Positions 50,033 to 60,662 of a stretch of 64,000 nt of DNA are shown one piece after another. The DNA is taken from contig CAVZRV010000007.1 of assembly GCA_963777605.1 (NCBI GenBank), forward strand, positions 64,001 to 128,000, given 5' to 3'. Every line of letters starts with the position of its first letter. The stretch's first letter is position 1. The notes beneath the pieces are model-generated. The model was not told where the DNA came from. It saw nothing but the letters and a program-made list of their open reading frames with translations, and ran no database searches. This stretch comes from an uncultured Acidobacteriota bacterium. GTDB lineage: Bacteria; Acidobacteriota; UBA6911; RPQK01; JAPXNP01. The translations under genes and the position numbers were made by a program.

Positions 50033-51202
50033 CTGGATTCCATTGGGAGCGTGATCTTGACGGTCGTTCCTTTTTCTCCGGCCGGTGAGATGACTTCGAT
50101 CGTACCACCCACAGCCTGAATGACTTTCCGAGCCAGATGAAGACCCAGGCCATGATGGGACGGTTTCGTGCTGAAGAATGGCTCGAAAAGACGGTTCCTG
50201 ATTTCCGGCCTCACGCCACAGCCATTGTCGGAAATCGAAATGTTGTTCCCCTCAGCCGTTTTCTCGAGGGAAATCCAGACCCTGGGATGCGCTTCGTCAT
50301 GAGCCGCTTCGATCGCATTGTTCAACACGTAGAGCAAGGCCCGAGCGACCTCTCCCCGAACACAGTTCAGACGGCAACCAGGATCGAGAGCTGTCTTGAT
50401 AACCACCTTACTCATCATCGCCTGGACATTAACGACCGTCACGAGATCCAGGATCAGCTTGTCCAGCTGAACTTCCCGCGGATCCTGCCCGACGTCTGCA
50501 ATCAGCAGCAGACTCCGCAGCTTGCTCCCGACCCTCTGGAGGCTTTGGTCGACAACCTCGAGCGAATCCTTCACGTCATCCTCGAGTTGAGATTGAGCTC
50601 GAATCAGTTCGACATAGCCAAGAGCAGCCGCCAGGGGATTGTTGATCTCGTGTGCGATGCTGGTTGCAAGTTGGCCAAGAGTCTTCAGCCAATGCTCGTT
50701 CAACATGCCGCTGTGCAGGGCAGTGCACATGCTCCTGGAGCGCGAGTTTCCCCTTGAGCTGATCCTGCAGGTGTTTCACCCGCAAAGCCGCCCGGGTACG
50801 GGCCAGCAACTCCTGTTGATGAACCGGCTTGGTCAGATAGTCATGGCCGCCCAGTTCCAGCCCCCTCACCTTCTCCGAGGACTCAAGTTTCGCCGTCAGG
50901 AAGATCACGGGAATGTCACTGGTCGCCGGGTCGGCTTTCATACGACGGCACAGTTCATAACCGTCCATTTTCGGCATCATGACGTCGAGGATCGCGACGT
51001 CCACCGGATTCTCTCGCAGCCAGTCCAGCGCCTCCTGCCCATCGGAAAAGCCAAAGCACGTCATCCCCCCAGCCTTGAGACGAATTTGCAGAAGCTCCAC
51101 CGAATCAGGGTGGTCGTCTACTGCGAGGACGCGGGGCGCATCAGGTGGCCCATCCACGGAAGGATCAACCTCGCGGGTCAGACCAGAATTGGGTTTCTCC
51201 AT
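50029..51202 (-). pseudogene. Hybrid response regulator/histidine kinase with a frameshift near 50725
   Basis: REC domain (VDD, DVMMP, KP); then AHEINNPL, NNAIEA, DNGCG, GLGL. Confidence 0.85.
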
Positions 51203-51596
51203 GGTCAGTTCACCATGTTTCATTCGGCCACGTGATCCCCAATTCACGCGTGCCCACAATCATTGCTTGCCACAAACCCCGGGTTAATGCAAGCAAAACT
51301 CAATTGTACTTCAATTCCGTACAATACCCTGAGGCCAGGAATATGGTCCGACTGCGCCGATGAAGATCGGACTCGAGATGGCCATCGCTCCGCGACAGGA
51401 GAAGGTAACGGCCCTTGGACCCGGATTGAGCCGATGTCTCGCACCTGCCGTGCCATCTACCCCCAAACTAATCGCAATCGAGCACCGGAACAGCACGAAA
51501 GAGACCGAGTGACTGAAGGTGCCACCAAAACAGGGTGACAGTCCGCCTGTGAAAAGCGGCTCCAAGCGGCCCAAGCATCAGGCTTAGAGGACCTTC

Positions 51597-52493
51597 TCAG
51601 ATCCGCTGCTCGATCCAATCAAGGTTGCGTTTTGCCGAATCGACCGGATTGCGGTCTTCCGGTTCGTCCTCCCAGGAATAGACGCCCTGGTATTCCACCT
51701 CGCGGAGCGCCTTCAGGCATCCTTCGACATCGGCCACTCCCTCTCCCAGCAGGCAGGTTTCGTGAGCACCCGATCGCCTCACGTCCTTGATGTGGGTGTG
51801 CCGAACCAGCGACCCGCACGCCCGGATCACCTCCGGACCGGATACGCCCTGCGTCCCCAACCAGCCCGTGTCGATGCAGACACCAAGCCATTCGTTTCCA
51901 CCTCCCACCTTTGAGAGGATCTCTTCGGGGCTCTTCTCCGGATGGTTCTCGATATTGAAACGGATGCCCGTCTCCCGACAAAGAGAAGTTGCATCGTCCG
52001 GATTCAATACTCCCAGTCCACCATCGACATGGGGAATCTCGAGCCATTCGCAGATCCGGGCCGTCTCGGGACTAAACCTCCCAGCGTAGGCGATCGGTTT
52101 CAGACCGGCCTCGGTCAAGATCTTCTTCCATTCCAACGCCTTGGCCCGGTCGAGGGTTTCGGGGGAGGCATGCGCTTCCCATATCTCCACCGCCCTGAAC
52201 CCCTCTCCCGCTATCTCATCACAAATTGAGTGCCAAGCCTCGACGTCCGTCGCCGCGACCGTCTTCGCATGCTGATCCATCCAATTCTGCAACCGGTACC
52301 GGTAGCCTGTGACCCGACCAACCAGGTTCGCCGTATTGAACGCAACTAATGGCCTCTTCTCGGGTACTGAGATGCCGGCCCGGGCGCGTCCCGAAAGGGA
52401 ACAGAGCGACACCCCGCCGAAAACGCAGCGTCCGAGAAACTCACGTCGGTCCAAGCAATTATCCCCCATCGATTTTGGCCAATTGACACTCAT
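51597..52493 (-). CDS. Sugar phosphate isomerase/epimerase TIM barrel with a Tat-like signal
   Basis: DRREFLG; ENH, DTGW, HIKD, and SWE metal motifs. Confidence 0.8.
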   Translation of the reverse strand: MSVNWPKSMGDNCLDRREFLGRCVFGGVSLCSLSGRARAGISVPEKRPLVAFNTANLVGRVTGYRYRLQNWMDQHAKTVAATDVEAWHSICDEIAGEGFRAVEIWEAHASPETLDRAKALEWKKILTEAGLKPIAYAGRFSPETARICEWLEIPHVDGGLGVLNPDDATSLCRETGIRFNIENHPEKSPEEILSKVGGGNEWLGVCIDTGWLGTQGVSGPEVIRACGSLVRHTHIKDVRRSGAHETCLLGEGVADVEGCLKALREVEYQGVYSWEDEPEDRNPVDSAKRNLDWIEQRI

Positions 52494-52843
52494 ACGGTGC
52501 ACTCCCAGCGAAATCAGGAACCAATTGACTCCCTGACGCGACACTTCCGCCACCTGACAGCAAAGTCGCTGCCGGCGAAACCGGCACGTGATTGCTCAAT
52601 ATTGGCGCACCTGTGAGTCAGGCGCAATAACAATAGCAGGGGCCGCTACCTCAATAAATCCGCCGTGCTTTTCGACGAATCCCGATGAGCACTCGCTCGA
52701 TTGGGAAGGGACTGGGTTCCTCGAGAGCCAACCGATTATTCCCGATGATGCATCTAAGGTAGGCATCGGCCAAACGAGAAATGTCCACCCAAACGGTGCC
52801 TCTACTTCACCGTCCATCCGGAGTCAGCCGAAACAGACGTAGT

Positions 52844-54655
52844 TCAGGCCGTCCGGACCGTTCCGGAAATTCCGGCCGAAGCCCGGTTCGCTATTCGGCG
52901 ACGAACTTCGAACGCGAATCGAAGGTAGGCTCGATCAGCGTCAATGCTTGGTGCCCGCACAATCCCCGAGACGCAGTGGATGCCACCGTTGTAGAGGAGC
53001 ATGTGCTGGGCGTAGATGGGTACAACGCGCACGGATGACGGCAGTTGATCGCCGAGATCCTCAATCAACCGTGATTCCGCTGTACCCAGGCCGAAATTGG
53101 GGACAAACAAATTCGGCTCAACGAAAAGGGAATTCACGTAGCTGATGCCGGTCCACGGCACGCCCAGTTCACCGTTTCCGGCGATTTTCGGCACTCTCAC
53201 GACTTTGAATCCCATCCGCTCCAATTCGCGGGCCTTGGCCTCGAGGCGTTCCGGCCGTGGAGTCGCGTTCGATGGCAACTGACTTGAGACAATCGCCAGC
53301 AGGCGATCAGGAAGCCGGTGGTCCGTCCAGTCCATCAGCGACTCAGTAACCCACTCGTTCATGAATCCCAGATTTCTTCGCAGGACCCGGTTCTCATGGT
53401 CAACGCTGAGGCACCTGCTCAACTGGGACGGACAGTTGGTCTGGATGTACGCGTTGATCTCCGAGATCAGCTGAGGGTTCTTCCGGACCGTCCACGAGAG
53501 GTTGCGTTCCCTGATTCTGTGAAGCAAATCGTCAATGTACTGGGAGTTCTCGCCGACAACAGGTCTTCCTTCTCGAATGAGGCGGTCAACTTCCTGGAAC
53601 TCAGGAGCCTGCACATCGGGATAGGCTTCCCTCAGGTACGTCCACGCTGCCCTGGCGATTTCGAGATTGTTCCGGAGTGGACAGGAAACGAGAACGATCT
53701 TCTCGGCCGGCAGGAAAGCTGCGGCGTAGTCTACATGCGCTTCCAGTCCGCTCATGTCAACGGCATAGTCCGCGCCGAATTCCGACTTCAGAACATAGGC
53801 ATATTCATCATCCGTCAAGCCATTGCCCCAGTAGGCTTTTGCTGCGTTTCCATAGACGATGACGAGCATTTTTGGGTTCCACGGATGTTGAACAAAGAGC
53901 AGGTCCCCACCTTCCCAGGAGAGATTTGATCGAACAGTTTCCGATCGGTCAAAGGAATTCAGGAGCGGCTGAAACCGCTGCCCGGCCTGCTGAGAGCCCT
54001 CGAACAAGCTTCGTGTAATGAGGATTTTGCGCTTCTGCCCGACCCGTCCACTCTTGAGGTAATCCTGCGCCCAGGGGTTCGCACTGTCGACACCGGCGTT
54101 GTTGCGCAGCTGCAGCCGGTGGATCGAATTCGGAAAGTGGAACTCGGTGGCCTCCTGACGCCACTCCCCGTCCTGGTCACCGGCTATGCCGATCGAGACC
54201 TTGAGAGGCCGGGACACCTGCTGCAGCAGCTGTTTCACGATGTCGAGCGAATCTCCGATCACACTCTCCCGGAAGCTGAAATAGCTCAATGTGTTGACGT
54301 CGAAGTAGAGGTCGGAGACAGGCCAGTTGTCGGGATCCGCCTGAAAGCCCGGCATCGAGGGCTGGTACCAGACATGGCAGACCCGGGCTCCTCGGGTCCG
54401 GACCAGTCCCCCGTCGAATACGAGTCCAAAATGTCTGAATGCCCGCTCAAGAGTCAGAATGTCATCGGAACATGCGAAGTTCAGAGCGGTCTTGGAAATC
54501 GCGTTGGCAAAGGTTGCATCCACCGGAAAAACATCAAGATTTACACCCATTTTCGCCAGTTCGGCACGGGGGCCCTTGTCCGCGAAAGCATTCTGAAGAG
54601 AACCCAAAAGCAAGATACAGAGGGTGCACGTCAGCAGCTTGAACGAGGACTTCAT
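52844..54655 (-). CDS. Secreted peptidyl-arginine/agmatine deiminase-like (pentein) protein
   Basis: AAGGAGG RBS; signal peptide; WAQD, EGGD, HVD, YVN, GGIHC motifs. Confidence 0.72.
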   Translation of the reverse strand: MKSSFKLLTCTLCILLLGSLQNAFADKGPRAELAKMGVNLDVFPVDATFANAISKTALNFACSDDILTLERAFRHFGLVFDGGLVRTRGARVCHVWYQPSMPGFQADPDNWPVSDLYFDVNTLSYFSFRESVIGDSLDIVKQLLQQVSRPLKVSIGIAGDQDGEWRQEATEFHFPNSIHRLQLRNNAGVDSANPWAQDYLKSGRVGQKRKILITRSLFEGSQQAGQRFQPLLNSFDRSETVRSNLSWEGGDLLFVQHPWNPKMLVIVYGNAAKAYWGNGLTDDEYAYVLKSEFGADYAVDMSGLEAHVDYAAAFLPAEKIVLVSCPLRNNLEIARAAWTYLREAYPDVQAPEFQEVDRLIREGRPVVGENSQYIDDLLHRIRERNLSWTVRKNPQLISEINAYIQTNCPSQLSRCLSVDHENRVLRRNLGFMNEWVTESLMDWTDHRLPDRLLAIVSSQLPSNATPRPERLEAKARELERMGFKVVRVPKIAGNGELGVPWTGISYVNSLFVEPNLFVPNFGLGTAESRLIEDLGDQLPSSVRVVPIYAQHMLLYNGGIHCVSGIVRAPSIDADRAYLRFAFEVRRRIANRASAGISGTVRTA

Positions 54656-55193
54656 GAGGGACCTCCTTATAGGGCTGGGTTGGCCTGGGACCACTCACTT
54701 CCGGTGAAGAGCCCTCCAGTCGATTTCCATTAATCAAACCCCAAGCCGGACTCTCATTTCACAACTTCTAGAACGAAATTGGGGCCTGATCCGTTACTCG
54801 AATTTGGGATGAAAGAGGAGGTTGCGAAGTCGGCGCAAACGGGCAAGATTTTGCCGCTTGCGCCGGAGTTCTCCGAGCCCGTTCGATCGACTCCGCGAGT
54901 CGCCTTCACGGGTACCTGCGGGCCGATCGACGCAGAGGCTCGGATCAGCGGACGACGGCCGGCAGGAAATCCGATTTCCCCAGCAGGAAGGGACAGCGGG
55001 AGGGAATGCAGACCCTGCTCGTCGATTCAACGATCAGATTCAACGATCAACTGAAACGCCACTGCGCCGGAGAATCAAGAAGGAGCACTCGTCCTATTCA
55101 TGCTCGTGCAAAGTGCCCATTTACCATTCGCATTGCACGCTGCCGCCACAGCGGCAAGAGGTTACCCACTGTGAAGGCCGCAACGGGAGCTGA

Positions 55194-55646
55194 TCAATGC
55201 TGGGTCCGGGGCAGCAGGCCACCCAGAGCCCAACCGATCGTGCCGGCCACCATTCCAATGATGGAGTTGGCGATCACTCCCGCCGTGCGCGCCCCGACCG
55301 CCTGTGCGAACGCGACTTCGCCTGGCTGACCCGTGATCGCGACAGGATTATTGAACGCCGTCTGAACTCCTACGATGTAGGACACGACGGTTCCCCCGAA
55401 AATCAGGATCTGGGCGAACAGCGCAATCATGAGGCAGGCCAACAGCGCGTCAACGATCCTGTAGCTGCGATAGGCTCTGCCGACGGCTCCCCAGATGAGA
55501 CACAGGTGAACGGTCATGGGAACCATGGCAAAGAGCCGGTTGCCGAGTTCATATGAACCGCCAGCGGCACCCACGATAAGTTTTCCAAAGAAAAATAGCA
55601 GCAGAAGCAGCAGAGGCAAACGAACGAACTGTAGCTTTTCGGACAT
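55194..55646 (-). CDS. Hypothetical 4-TM membrane protein
   Basis: AAGGAG RBS; four hydrophobic segments. Confidence 0.7.
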   Translation of the reverse strand: MSEKLQFVRLPLLLLLLFFFGKLIVGAAGGSYELGNRLFAMVPMTVHLCLIWGAVGRAYRSYRIVDALLACLMIALFAQILIFGGTVVSYIVGVQTAFNNPVAITGQPGEVAFAQAVGARTAGVIANSIIGMVAGTIGWALGGLLPRTQH

Positions 55647-55760
55647 TATTCGGCTCCTTTTTGAGACGCCAACAGTAGTTACGATTGGACCTGAACGGAT
55701 TGAATTGGTGAATTTATAGCACAATCCCGGGGACAGTCCCTATCAGAATTTATGGCATCT

Positions 55761-57966
55761 TCACCTGGAGGTTATGGAAAACTTGCGCAGGCTCGTCGTG
55801 GTCTCCGGAACCGGATCACCCTTCGGAGTTGCCACTGCCCGAAGGATGAAGTCCCCCGGGGATTCCGGAAACCGGACCGAAAAAAGATAGGTCTGCTGCC
55901 CCAGGGGATCCAACTCGAAGGGCTGGGAAAGCACTTCTGAGACAGGCCCTCCCTTCTCTTCGATCCGCAAAGACAGTGCTCCTGATACCGGACGTTGTTC
56001 GTCGCTGATCATCATCACGGCAACCCTGCGTTCTGTCCCCGCAACGATCTCAGGCTGCCAGAAATTGACGTAGACACCAAGTGGGCGAAAGGCTTGCTGC
56101 ATGTACCTGGCGAACGGCTCGTGCAGCTCCAGGGTTCGCACGTCCTTGAAATGATCGGAAGTGAAGACTCCGGGATAACTGCAGGTCAGGAAGACGAAGT
56201 GGAGCACGCCGGCGAAGTTTCGGTGCGCGCGCCAGAACTCAGTCAACCCTCCCAGCAGATACCCATCCAGCTCGAGGCGCTCTTCCGGGGTCGCCTCGGC
56301 GCCCAGGAGACGCGCGTAGACTTCCCGGGTCAATTCCGTCGGCGTACCGTCCCGGTTCAGCCAAAGCCAGCCGTATTCATTGATGAACGGTGCGTGCGCA
56401 GTCGGATGGGCGGAATTGGTTGTCTTGCCACCGGTCATCCGCTCGAGTTCCGTCATCGAAAAACCGGGTTTCGAGGCATCGTTCCAGTTTCTACTGAACA
56501 GGTAGGGGTGGTCCTCCACCGGATCGTTCGCCTCGACCGGAATGGTGTAGCCGTTCTCCCATGGGCGGTTGCTCAGGTCAAACTTGCGGACTTCGGGGAT
56601 CACCTTTCGGGCAAGAACGTCCCCGGCGGTTTCGTTGGAGGCGTCCCAGAGCGCCACGCTGGGGTGGTTCCAGTGATCCCGCATCCACTCCTTGTACTGG
56701 TCAACCAGGAGGGGAACGTTCCACTCGTCGTGCCAGCTGTTCCAACTTTCTCCTCCAGTCCAGATGAAGAACTCGTTCTGAATCAGCAGTCCCGCCTCAT
56801 CGGCAATCTGAAACCAGAGATCGGGGGCGGGGCCGATGCAGAACCGGAAGGCGTTCCAGTGAAACTCTTTCGGGATCTCCATGAGGAGCTTGCGGACCCA
56901 CTGCTCGTTCCAGACCAGGTCGCCGGCGGCAGGGTCTTCGAAGAAACGGTGCAGCGTAATGTTGGACCCGCGCAGGAAGTACACCTCTCCGTTGAGGTAA
57001 GCGCGCTTGGTCGCCGTGTCGAAGCGGAATTCCCTCATCCCAAAGCGGGTGTCGAGCGAATCGCCTCCGGTCGTGGATTCAAGGACATAGAGGTTGGGAT
57101 CCTCGGGAGTCCAGAGACGTGCGCCGGGTATTGAAACGTTTTGGCGCACGGTTCGGACTTCCCCCGCTCCGAGCACGAAGCGCTCCGGATTCCCCGCCCC
57201 AGCGGTCACTTCATCCTTCCAGGGACGGACCCGATGGGAAAGCTCGGTACTCCCGTTCCGGACCGTAGTTACGGATCACGGTCTCGACGAGAATACTGGA
57301 GTCACTGATTCTCGGGGCGACCTGAACGGTCTCGATCACCGCACCGTCAGCAAAATAGACGGAGACGCTGTCGTATATCCCGGGTGTCCACTTCAGCTTT
57401 TCGAAGTCGGTGCCTGCCGGAATGGTCTCCGGGATCATGTCGGGATGGGCACCGATACGAACCACCAGCGTGTTCTCCCGTTCCCAGCGGATGGCCGGCG
57501 ACAGGTCAAAAAACCCTGCCGTGAAACAGAACTGGTGTTCCCCGACCGGTTGGCCGTTGAGCCAGACCTTGATGCCGAACTGGGCCTTGTTAATCTTGAG
57601 GACAGCCGCATCATGTCGCCCGGGAGCGCCGAAGGTCCGCCGGTACCAGAAGTAGTTTCGTTTCTGACGGGTGATCCCGACACCTTTTGGACGGCTCTCG
57701 GCCGGGACCTTCCCTTCCCGAATCCACTTGTCGAACAACTCCCGGCTCTCGAACTGATCCACGTCAACAAACCCGGGCTGCGACTGGTTGGCGAGGCCCG
57801 GCACTGGGACAGTGTGTGAGAAAGACGCGGGGACCTGGTCAGGATTCACGGAGTCCGCGATGTCCCAGGTACCGTCCAGGGAGACGGTGAATCGTCCAGC
57901 AAGCCCAACTTCGACAATGGCCATCAGAGTGACCCATACAAGCAAAAGAGTCCGACCGGTTTTCAT
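55761..57966 (-). pseudogene. Glycoside hydrolase family 2 with a frameshift near 57250
   Basis: SLDGTW, WYRRTF, LWTPEDPNLY, FGMREF, ADEAGLL, NHPSV..W..SNE, INEYG. Confidence 0.85.
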
Positions 57967-58292
57967 TATCCCGAAGTCTAGCCCGAATCTTCCGGGCGCT
58001 CCAGCAGGATCGGAAATGAAGCAACTGGCTGCCCTTAAGGAATGCCGGGTCAAGGGACCGGCATCGCCGGAATCGAGGTCAGCTGAAATTGCAGGGGATC
58101 CCTCTGAACAATCTCCTGGCGAAGCACCACGAGGTAGAACTCGCTGGATTAGGCCGGCGCCCGCGCCGCGAGCGTCGCTTCCCGAAGTATCCGGGCACGG
58201 AACGCCGTGCGCGCATCCAGAAGCGTTGGAGGGAGGAAGGATCTGCAGCCATCAGGATTCTCCCGGAGGCTCGGGGGCCTCCTGAAAATAAG

Positions 58293-59135
58293 CTACTCGA
58301 CAAGACGTCCGTACTTCTTCAAGACTTCACGAAGCCGGTCATGGGGCAGAGCCTGCACCACGTGACCGTCGCGCCCCTCCATGGTTTTAGCGGCAACGAG
58401 TGCATTCACGATAGCTTCTTCGGTCGCCTGCACCACCGCATCGAACATGGGATCAAGCTGATCATTCGGAATCATCTTGACGGAGGCCACCCCGGTACGG
58501 GATTCCACCTCCGAGTTGGCGGTCGAGAACGCAATGAAAATGTCCCCCGACCCGTTTCCCGAGGTACTCCCCATGCGCGCAACTCCCATCGTGGCCCTCC
58601 TGGCCAGGCGCTTCAACTGGTGGGGCAGCAACGGTGCGTCGGTCGCAACAACCACGATGATCGATCCCTCCTCCCGGCTCCAAACCAGGTTGCCCGGGAT
58701 TTCCCGTCCGACCGGGGCCCCTGCGATCCGCAACTGAATGACCGCATCTCTGACGACCCCCACACTGTGCGTGTTGGTGATCAGGATCGGGCCCTCCAGG
58801 ATCCCTGATTCCTCGATCCAGGTCGTCCCGGTCATCTCTCCGTTCCCGTTCTGGGAGAACCAGCCGGCAAAGACCCGGCTCGACGCCACCTTTCCCTTCG
58901 GAAGAACCGCGGTAACCCCGGTCCTCACCGGTCCTTTGCCCGGCTGGAGTTTTCCCGAGCCGGAGATCAGCGTCGTGTGCCCGATTTCGACTCCGCGGAC
59001 GTCGGTGATTGCATTGAGGGGACCCGGCTGCCCGTCGAACGGGACCCCCAGGTCACGGGCGCGAACTCTTTCTTGACCGTAGCCAACCGCGACGATCAAC
59101 ACCGAGATCTGAACGGCGAGAAACACTCTCTTCAT
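58293..59135 (-). pseudogene. DmpA/S58 (P1) aminopeptidase with an internal in-frame deletion
   Basis: GPLNAITDV, NGNGEMTG, TNTHSVG, GSIIVVVATDAP, GSGD present; central LPVVAET...GGGTG...NYG block absent. Confidence 0.8.
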
Positions 59136-59206
59136 CTGAGGTCTCCTCTTCGCCTCGCAGGTTTGGAACCATTTTCTTCGTACGGATCGATACCTGACGG
59201 CCAGGG

Positions 59207-60640
59207 TTAGACTTTGGCCTCCAGTTCCATCGCGGCCGTACTCTCGACCAGATCCAGCAGTCGTTCGAGGTCGCCGTCTGTCGTGGACGGATTCATGAGC
59301 GTTGTCCGAAGGAATCGTCCCCGCTTCAACTGAACCTGGACAATATAGAAATCGCCCTGCTCGATGATGCGCTGCCTGATCGTCGCGTTTAGCTGATCCG
59401 ATTCCCCGGGGGAACACCTTTGATCGACGACCCTGAAACAGACGATGTTGCTTTCGGGTTCCTGGGCCAGTTCGAGTCGCCGCCGCCCTCGAATTGCCGT
59501 TGCGAAATTGCGAGCCAGATCATAGGTCCGATCCACGTATTCGGCGTACAGGTCGGTACCGAAAGCCTTGATCACGGTAAAGACCTTCAGTCCCATCATC
59601 AGCTTGGTGCACTCCAGGGTCCGCTTCGAGAAATCAAACCACTCCTGCTCCTGGTCCTTGTTCCAGAGGTAGGATGCCCGTTCGGAGAACGTCCGGTAGG
59701 AATCCTTCCCGTCCCGAAAAAGGACTCCCGTGATCACCCCTGGGGCGAGCAGCATCTTGTGAAAATCGATCACCACGGAATCGGCCGCCTCCAACCCGCG
59801 CAGCAAGTGCCGGTAACGCTTCGAGAAGACCGCGGCTACCCCGTGAGCCCCATCGACATGAAGCCAGAGGCCATTCTTCCTGCAAAACCTGGAGATGGAC
59901 ACGAGATCGTCGTATGCCCCCGTCCCCGTAGTGCAGGCATTGGCAATCAACCCGATAACCCTCACCCCGCTCGAGGAGGCTCGCTCGAGGGCCGGTGCAA
60001 GTGCGCCCGGATCGACACGATAATCTTCGTCCACCGCAACCGGGATGATTGAGCTTTCCTCCAGACCCATGATTCGAAGCGCTTTCGAGTTGGAGTAGTG
60101 GCACGCTTCCGATATCAAGAAACCCGTTGGCCTATGGTCCCCGGGAATTGACTTTGCCTGGCGGGCAGCCAAAAGCGCGGTCAGGTTCCCGAGGCTTCCA
60201 CCCGAGGTCATTACACCGTCGGACGAGTCGGGGAACCCCATTGCTCGCGAAGTCAGTTCCAGGACGGCACGCTCCATCGCCGTGTTGGCGGGTCCCATCT
60301 CAAAGATGGCCGAGCCATTGTTCAACAGGCTCGCCGCCATCCCGGCCACGGCTCCAATCGGCGCCGGCGCACACACCTGGTGGCCGACGTATCCCTGATG
60401 GTGGAGGTGGATCGAGTCCTCCAGGAGTTCTCCAAACAGCTTGCGAACCGAGAACTGGTCGTTGCTCTGGAGCATTTCGGAGTACTTGCGGTACATCTGC
60501 CCCGGCTCTCTTCTGGGCAGCACCGGCAGGTCGGTGCCGGCCCGCAAACCGGCGAGGTAGTCCGCCAGGAGGTCAACCAGTTCGTGCCCGGCTTTCCGAA
60601 AGCCATCCGGATCGTAGGCCCGTTCAAGAAGAGACGTCAT
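59207..60640 (-). CDS. Group II PLP-dependent amino-acid decarboxylase
   Basis: TSGGSLGN, HYS, HVDGAHG, DFHK PLP lysine. Confidence 0.92.
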   Translation of the reverse strand: MTSLLERAYDPDGFRKAGHELVDLLADYLAGLRAGTDLPVLPRREPGQMYRKYSEMLQSNDQFSVRKLFGELLEDSIHLHHQGYVGHQVCAPAPIGAVAGMAASLLNNGSAIFEMGPANTAMERAVLELTSRAMGFPDSSDGVMTSGGSLGNLTALLAARQAKSIPGDHRPTGFLISEACHYSNSKALRIMGLEESSIIPVAVDEDYRVDPGALAPALERASSSGVRVIGLIANACTTGTGAYDDLVSISRFCRKNGLWLHVDGAHGVAAVFSKRYRHLLRGLEAADSVVIDFHKMLLAPGVITGVLFRDGKDSYRTFSERASYLWNKDQEQEWFDFSKRTLECTKLMMGLKVFTVIKAFGTDLYAEYVDRTYDLARNFATAIRGRRRLELAQEPESNIVCFRVVDQRCSPGESDQLNATIRQRIIEQGDFYIVQVQLKRGRFLRTTLMNPSTTDGDLERLLDLVESTAAMELEAKV

Positions 60641-60662
60641 AACATGTCGATCTTTTCCCAGG

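Noticed and set aside
52582-52596. Sigma54 promoter-like CGGCACGTGATTGC
   Set aside because: GG-to-GC spacing is 9 rather than the required 10
52596-52817. 73-aa ORF downstream of the PAD-like gene as a RiPP precursor
   Set aside because: Weak RBS, only two Arg residues, no leader/core pattern
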